From the NCBI GenBank assembly GCA_964543155.1, contig CAZIXQ010000002.1, forward strand, positions 1 to 48,549: a stretch of 48,549 bases of DNA, given 5' to 3'. Positions 44,218 to 48,549 of this stretch are shown here, in pieces. Position 1 is the stretch's first letter, and each line of letters begins with the position of its first letter. Source of the stretch: an uncultured Enterobacteriaceae bacterium (GTDB taxonomy: Bacteria > Pseudomonadota > Gammaproteobacteria > Burkholderiales > SG8-39). The position numbers were made by a program, and so were the translations under genes. Below the pieces are notes generated by a model. The model was not told the origin of the DNA. It searched no databases and was given only the letters and a program-made list of their open reading frames with translations.

Positions 44218-44724
44218 GTGATTGGAGCCGTGACGCGATTCGCGCTGATCCTCGCGCTGTGCGCGACGACGGCGGCGTGCGGCTTCAAGCTCCGCGGCCA
44301 GCAGACCTTCCCGTTCGACGCGATCAGCGTGCCGCTCAACACGCCGCTCGGGTTCGAGCTCAAGCGCAACATCGCCGCGGCCAACGAGCAGGTCAAGCTG
44401 GTCGACAGCAGCGCCGACGCGGACGCCGTGCTGTCGATCCTGAGCGAGGCGCAGGAGAAGGTGATCCTCTCCCTCAACACCCAGGGCCGCGTGCGCGAGT
44501 ACCAGCTGCGCTATCGGGTGGTGTACCGGGTCGCGAGCCCCAAGGGCGCCGACTTCATCGCGCCCACCGCGGTCGTCCTCACGCGCGACATCACCTTCAA
44601 CGACCAGGTGCTCGCGAAGGAGACCGAGGAGGCGCAGCTCTACCGCGAGATGCGCTCCGACCTCGTGCAGCAGATCGTCCGGCGGCTCGGGGCGGCGAGG
44701 CCGGTGGTCGCGGACGCCGAGTAG
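44218..44724 (+). CDS. lptE: LPS-assembly lipoprotein LptE
   Basis: GTG start. The lipoprotein signal ends ...TTAACGFKLRG (the CGF.LRG hallmark). The position after leuS and before holA is conserved. Confidence 0.88.
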   Translation: MIGAVTRFALILALCATTAACGFKLRGQQTFPFDAISVPLNTPLGFELKRNIAAANEQVKLVDSSADADAVLSILSEAQEKVILSLNTQGRVREYQLRYRVVYRVASPKGADFIAPTAVVLTRDITFNDQVLAKETEEAQLYREMRSDLVQQIVRRLGAARPVVADAE

Positions 44725-44735
44725 ACCCCGCCGCG

Positions 44736-45740
44736 GTGCCGCAAGTCAGAGCCGACCAGCTCGAGGCCCAGCTCTCACGCACCCTCGCGCCGCTGTACGT
44801 GGTGCACGGCGACGAGCCGCTGCTCGCGATGGAGGCCGCCGACGCGATCCGGGCGAAGGCGCGCGCGGAGGGCTGCTCGGAGCGCGAGGTCCATCTCGTC
44901 GAGCGAAGCTACGACTGGGGCCGCCTCGCCGCGGCCGCCGCGTCGCTGTCGCTCTTCGCAACGCGCAGGCTGATCGAGCTCCGCATCCCCTCGGGCAAGC
45001 CCGGCACCGAGGGCGGCGCGGCGATCGCCGCCTACTGCGCCGCGCTCCCGCCCGACGTCGTCACGCTCGTCACGCTGCCGCGGCTCGACCGCGCCGGCCA
45101 GAACTCGGCCTGGTTCGGCGCCCTCGCCGGCGCGGGTGTCGTGGTGAACGTGTTCCCGATCGAGCGGCGGACGCTGCCGCTGTGGATCGGCGCCCGCCTC
45201 GCGCGCCAGAAGCAGCGCGCGGCCGAGGACGCGCTCGCGTTCGTCGCCGACTGCGTCGAGGGGAACCTGCTCGCGGCGCACCAGGAGATCCAGAAGCTCG
45301 GCCTGCTCTACCCGCCCGGCGAGCTCTCCTTCGAGCAGGTGCGCGACGCGGTGCTCGACGTTGCGCGCTTCGAGATCTCGCAGCTCTCGGAGGCGATGCT
45401 CGCGGGCGACCGCGGCCGCCTCGCGCGGGTGCTCGACGGGCTCGCGGGCGAAGGCGAGGCCCCGCCGCGCGTGCTCTGGGTCATGTCCGACGACGTGCGC
45501 GCGGTGGCGCGCCTGCAGCAGGGGCTCGCCGCGGGACGCAACGCCGCCGACCTCTTTCGCGAGCACCGCGTCTGGGGCGAGGCGCGCCAGCGCCTCGTGG
45601 CCGCCGCCGCGCGCCGCATGGGGCGCGCGGCGCTCGACGCCGCGCTCGCGCAGGCGGCCGCGGTGGACCGGACGATCAAGGGTCTCGCGAAGGGCGACCC
45701 GTGGGACGAGCTGCTGCAGCTCGGTTTGCGCTTCGCGTAG
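44736..45740 (+). CDS. holA: DNA polymerase III subunit delta
   Basis: I start at a GTG inside ORF 44259..45740. [26 protein letters not shown] and [12 protein letters not shown] are present. The product is 334 aa, and leuS-lptE-holA synteny is conserved. Confidence 0.88.
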   Translation: MPQVRADQLEAQLSRTLAPLYVVHGDEPLLAMEAADAIRAKARAEGCSEREVHLVERSYDWGRLAAAAASLSLFATRRLIELRIPSGKPGTEGGAAIAAYCAALPPDVVTLVTLPRLDRAGQNSAWFGALAGAGVVVNVFPIERRTLPLWIGARLARQKQRAAEDALAFVADCVEGNLLAAHQEIQKLGLLYPPGELSFEQVRDAVLDVARFEISQLSEAMLAGDRGRLARVLDGLAGEGEAPPRVLWVMSDDVRAVARLQQGLAAGRNAADLFREHRVWGEARQRLVAAAARRMGRAALDAALAQAAAVDRTIKGLAKGDPWDELLQLGLRFA

Positions 45741-45777
45741 CGGCGCTGCGCCCGCTCCGCTGGGCTACACTTGCCGC

Positions 45778-47058
45778 ATGGACGTGAAGGCCTACATGCA
45801 GGACCTCGGGCGCCGCGCGCGCGCGGCGTCGCGTGTCGTCGCGAAGGCCGACACCGACACGAAGAACCGCGCGCTGCGCGCGATGGCCGCGGCAGTGCGC
45901 CGCCGCCGCGCGGAGATCCTCGCGGCGAACGCCGAGGACGTCGCGCAGGCGCGCGCCGCCGGCCTCGACCCGGCGCTCGTCGACCGGCTCACGCTTTCGG
46001 ACCGTTCGGTCGAGACGATGGCCGAGGGTCTCGAGCAGGTTGCGGCGCTGCCCGATCCGGTGGGCGCGATCACCGAGCTCGTCGAGCGTCCGACCGGCAT
46101 CAAGGTCGGCCGGATGCGCGTGCCCCTCGGCGTGATCGGGATCGTGTACGAATCGCGTCCGAACGTCACGGCGGACGCCGCTGCGCTGTGCCTCAAGTCG
46201 GGCAATGCCTGCATCCTGCGTGGGGGCTCCGAGGCGATCCGCGCCAACCTGGCGATCGCCGAGTGCGTGCACGAGGGCCTGCGCGCCGCGGGCCTGCCCG
46301 CCGACGCGGTGCTCGTCGTGAACACGCCCGACCGCGCCGCCGTCGGCGAGCTGCTGCGGATGCACGACAACGTCGACATCATCGTGCCGCGCGGCGGGAA
46401 GTCGCTCGTCGAGCGCGTGATCGCCGAGTCGCGCATCCCGATGATCAAGCACCTCGACGGCGTGTGCCACGTGTACATCGACGAGCGCGCCGACGTGGAC
46501 AAGGCGGTGCGCATCGCCGACAACGCGAAGACGCAGCGCTACGGCACCTGCAACACGATGGAGACGCTGCTCGTGCACGAGTCGATCGCGCCGCGGGTGC
46601 TGCCGGCGCTCGCGCGCATCTACGCCGAGAAGGGCGTGGAGCTGCACTGCGACGAGGCCGCCGCGCAGCTCATCCGCACGGCGCTCGACGGCGCCGCGCC
46701 GGCGATCAGGCCGGCCACCGAGCAGGACTGGCGCACCGAGTGGCTGGCCCCGGTCCTCGGCGTGCACATCGTGAAGAGCCTCGACGAGGCGATGGCGCAC
46801 ATCGCCGAGTACGGTTCGCAGCACACCGACGCGATCGTGACCGAGGACGAGGCGCACGCGCGCCGGTTCCTGCGCGAGGTCGACTCGAGCTCGGTCATGG
46901 TGAACGCCTCGACGCGGTTCGCCGACGGGTTCGAGTACGGCCTCGGCGCCGAGATCGGCATCTCCACCGACAAGTTGCACGCCCGCGGGCCGGTCGGTCT
47001 CGAGGGCCTCACCTCGCAGAAGTACGTCGTACTCGGCACCGGGCAGGTCCGCACCTGA
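45778..47058 (+). CDS. proA: Glutamate-5-semialdehyde dehydrogenase (gamma-glutamyl phosphate reductase)
   Basis: I start at [15 protein letters not shown] inside ORF 45361..47058. [38 protein letters not shown] and HTDAIVTED are present. Confidence 0.94.
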   Translation: MDVKAYMQDLGRRARAASRVVAKADTDTKNRALRAMAAAVRRRRAEILAANAEDVAQARAAGLDPALVDRLTLSDRSVETMAEGLEQVAALPDPVGAITELVERPTGIKVGRMRVPLGVIGIVYESRPNVTADAAALCLKSGNACILRGGSEAIRANLAIAECVHEGLRAAGLPADAVLVVNTPDRAAVGELLRMHDNVDIIVPRGGKSLVERVIAESRIPMIKHLDGVCHVYIDERADVDKAVRIADNAKTQRYGTCNTMETLLVHESIAPRVLPALARIYAEKGVELHCDEAAAQLIRTALDGAAPAIRPATEQDWRTEWLAPVLGVHIVKSLDEAMAHIAEYGSQHTDAIVTEDEAHARRFLREVDSSSVMVNASTRFADGFEYGLGAEIGISTDKLHARGPVGLEGLTSQKYVVLGTGQVRT

Positions 47059-47076
47059 CGGGGCGAAGGAGATCGC

Positions 47077-47703
47077 GTGGCGCGACTGCAGTGGTACTTC
47101 GACTTCCTCTCGCCGTATGCCTACCTGCAGTTCTCCACCGAGCCGGAGCTCTTCCAGCGCTCCGACGTCGACCTGAAGCCGCTCGTGCTCGCGGCGCTGC
47201 TCGACCACTGGGGCCAGAAGGCCCCGGCGGAGATCGAGTCGAAGCGCCTGCACACCTACCGCCACGTGACCTGGATCGGCGCGAAGCGCGGCGTTGCGGT
47301 GCGCGTGCCGCCGGCCCATCCCTTCAACCCCATCCACGCGCTGCGTCTCGCGGCTGCGTTCGGCGCGACCTACGAGACGGTGAAGGCGATCTTCGACTTC
47401 GTCTGGCGCGACGGGCGCTCGCCGAACGACGAGTGGAAGGCGCTCTGCGACACGCTCGGCGTGCCGGGCGCGGAGGTGCTGGCGGCAAGCGAGGGCATCA
47501 AGGCGCAGCTGCGCGAGAACGGCGAGGAGGCGATCCGCGCCGGGGTCTTCGGCGTGCCGACGTTCGTCGTCGACGGCCACCTCTTCTGGGGCCTCGACGC
47601 CACCGACATGCTGCGCGACTACCTCGGCAATCCCCGGCTCTTCGAGTCCCCCGAGATGCAGCGGCTTGCGTCGATCCAGGTCGCCGCGACCCGCAAGACC
47701 TGA
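47077..47703 (+). CDS. 2-hydroxychromene-2-carboxylate isomerase / DsbA-like thioredoxin-fold protein
   Basis: GTG start. WYFDFLSPYAYL and GVFGVPTFVVDGHLFWGLD match the HCCA isomerase family. Confidence 0.85.
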   Translation: MARLQWYFDFLSPYAYLQFSTEPELFQRSDVDLKPLVLAALLDHWGQKAPAEIESKRLHTYRHVTWIGAKRGVAVRVPPAHPFNPIHALRLAAAFGATYETVKAIFDFVWRDGRSPNDEWKALCDTLGVPGAEVLAASEGIKAQLRENGEEAIRAGVFGVPTFVVDGHLFWGLDATDMLRDYLGNPRLFESPEMQRLASIQVAATRKT

Positions 47704-47726
47704 CCGCGCCGGCACGCGAACCCTGC

Positions 47727-48395
47727 ATGGCGCACCCCCCGCTGCTCGGGCTCCTGGGCGGCACCTTCGACCCGGTCCACTACGCTCATCTGCGCCTCGC
47801 CGACGAGGCCGCGGAGCACCTGGGCCTCGCCCGCGTGCGCTGGATCCCGTCGGGCAGCCCGGGCCATCGCGCGACGCCGCGCACGGCCGGCCGCCACCGG
47901 CTCGAGATGGTGCGCATCGCGGTGCGCGCGGACCCGCGCTTCGAGGTCGACGACGCGGAAGCCGAGGGCGCGGCGCCGACCTTCACGATCGACACGCTCA
48001 AGCGCCTGCGGGCCGAGCTCGGTCCGGACGTGCCGCTCGTCTTCCTGATCGGCGCCGACCAGCTGCACGCGCTCCACACCTGGCGCGCGTGGCGGGAGCT
48101 GTTTGCGCTCGCGCACTTCGCCGTCGGACAGCGCCCCGGGTTCGCGCTCGACCGCGAGGCGCTCCCCGTGGAGGTCGGCGCGGAGTACGCGCAGCGCGCG
48201 GGCTCGCCTGCGGCGCTCTCTGCCGCCCCGGCGGGGCACATCGTCACCTTTCCGATGACCGCTCTCGGCATCTCGGCCTCCGAGCTCCGCCGCCGGCTCG
48301 CGTCCGGGCGCAGCGTGCGCTATTTGCTCCCGCCCGAAGTTCTCGCATATATTCGAGCGAACGGCCTTTACCGAGAGGACAAGCCCGCCACCTGA
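47727..48395 (+). CDS. nadD: Nicotinate-nucleotide adenylyltransferase
   Basis: LLGGTFDPVHYAHL supplies the (T/H)xGH motif. TFTIDTLK, ISASELRRRL and VRYLLPPEV are also present. Confidence 0.92.
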   Translation: MAHPPLLGLLGGTFDPVHYAHLRLADEAAEHLGLARVRWIPSGSPGHRATPRTAGRHRLEMVRIAVRADPRFEVDDAEAEGAAPTFTIDTLKRLRAELGPDVPLVFLIGADQLHALHTWRAWRELFALAHFAVGQRPGFALDREALPVEVGAEYAQRAGSPAALSAAPAGHIVTFPMTALGISASELRRRLASGRSVRYLLPPEVLAYIRANGLYREDKPAT

Positions 48396-48549
48396 TGGAC
48401 ATCCGGAAGAAGCAGAAGGCGATCGTCGCCGCGCTCGAGGACATCAAGGCGCGCGACATCGCGGCGTTCAACGTCACGCACCTGACCAGTCTCTTCGACC
48501 GGGTGATCATCGCCACCGCCGACTCGGCGCGGCAGACCAAGGCGCTCGC
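48395..48549 (+). CDS. rsfS: Ribosome silencing factor RsfS, N-terminal part (3' end lies outside the window)
   Basis: The ATG overlaps the nadD stop (TGATG). MDIRKKQKAIVAALEDIKARDIAAFNVTHLTSLFDRVIIATADSARQTKALA matches RsfS, and nadD-rsfS synteny is conserved. Confidence 0.88.
   Translation, partial: MDIRKKQKAIVAALEDIKARDIAAFNVTHLTSLFDRVIIATADSARQTKAL

Noticed and set aside
41529-44480. A 983-aa ORF on the minus strand.
   Set aside because: It lies exactly antisense to leuS, which has unambiguous HIGH/KMSKS motifs. The translation is Arg/Ala/Gly/Val-rich with no recognisable domain, a typical stop-codon-poor shadow frame in GC-rich DNA.
45676-48395. The long ORFs 45676..47715 (minus) and 45771..48395 (plus, 874 aa) spanning proA, the HCCA-isomerase gene and nadD.
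   Set aside because: They are out of frame with or antisense to three well-supported genes, and their translations are Arg-rich and low-complexity.

Overview
The window is very GC-rich by eye (not computed) and densely coding. It looks like a chromosomal segment of a Betaproteobacteria-like genome; this is inferred from the order leuS-lptE-holA-proA...nadD-rsfS and ahcY-metF. I can support about 50 protein-coding genes. Most are housekeeping or core metabolism: ahcY, metF, ltaE, msrB, aceE, ttcA, cca, slt, ilvA, uvrD, leuS, lptE, holA, proA, nadD and rsfS. I recognised no rRNA, tRNA, CRISPR array, transposase or integrase. High GC creates many long Arg/Ala/Pro-rich shadow ORFs antisense to or out of frame with real genes, and I rejected these. 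The most interesting region is 14.0-19.7 kb. It encodes a secreted Pro/Gly-rich protein built from short beta-strand repeats, two exported CsgG/LpoB-like proteins, and a Hanks Ser/Thr kinase whose ~445-aa periplasmic region resembles those exported proteins. A convergent gene encodes a class III nucleotidyl cyclase fused to an FHA (phosphothreonine-binding) domain. I propose this as an uncharacterised module that couples envelope or secretion state to cyclic-nucleotide signalling. Smaller oddities: a FimV-like gene whose signal peptide lies upstream of any canonical start codon (candidate ATC start); a Cro/YdaS-like HTH fused in frame to a class V aminotransferase, next to an AdoMetDC-like gene with a divergent processing site; a SAM methyltransferase with a signal peptide; a Tat-signal MsrB; and a ~1 kb poorly coding stretch (2.26-3.25 kb) with small hydrophobic ORFs and strong hairpins. 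All family calls come from reading motifs in the translations. No searches or computations were run.
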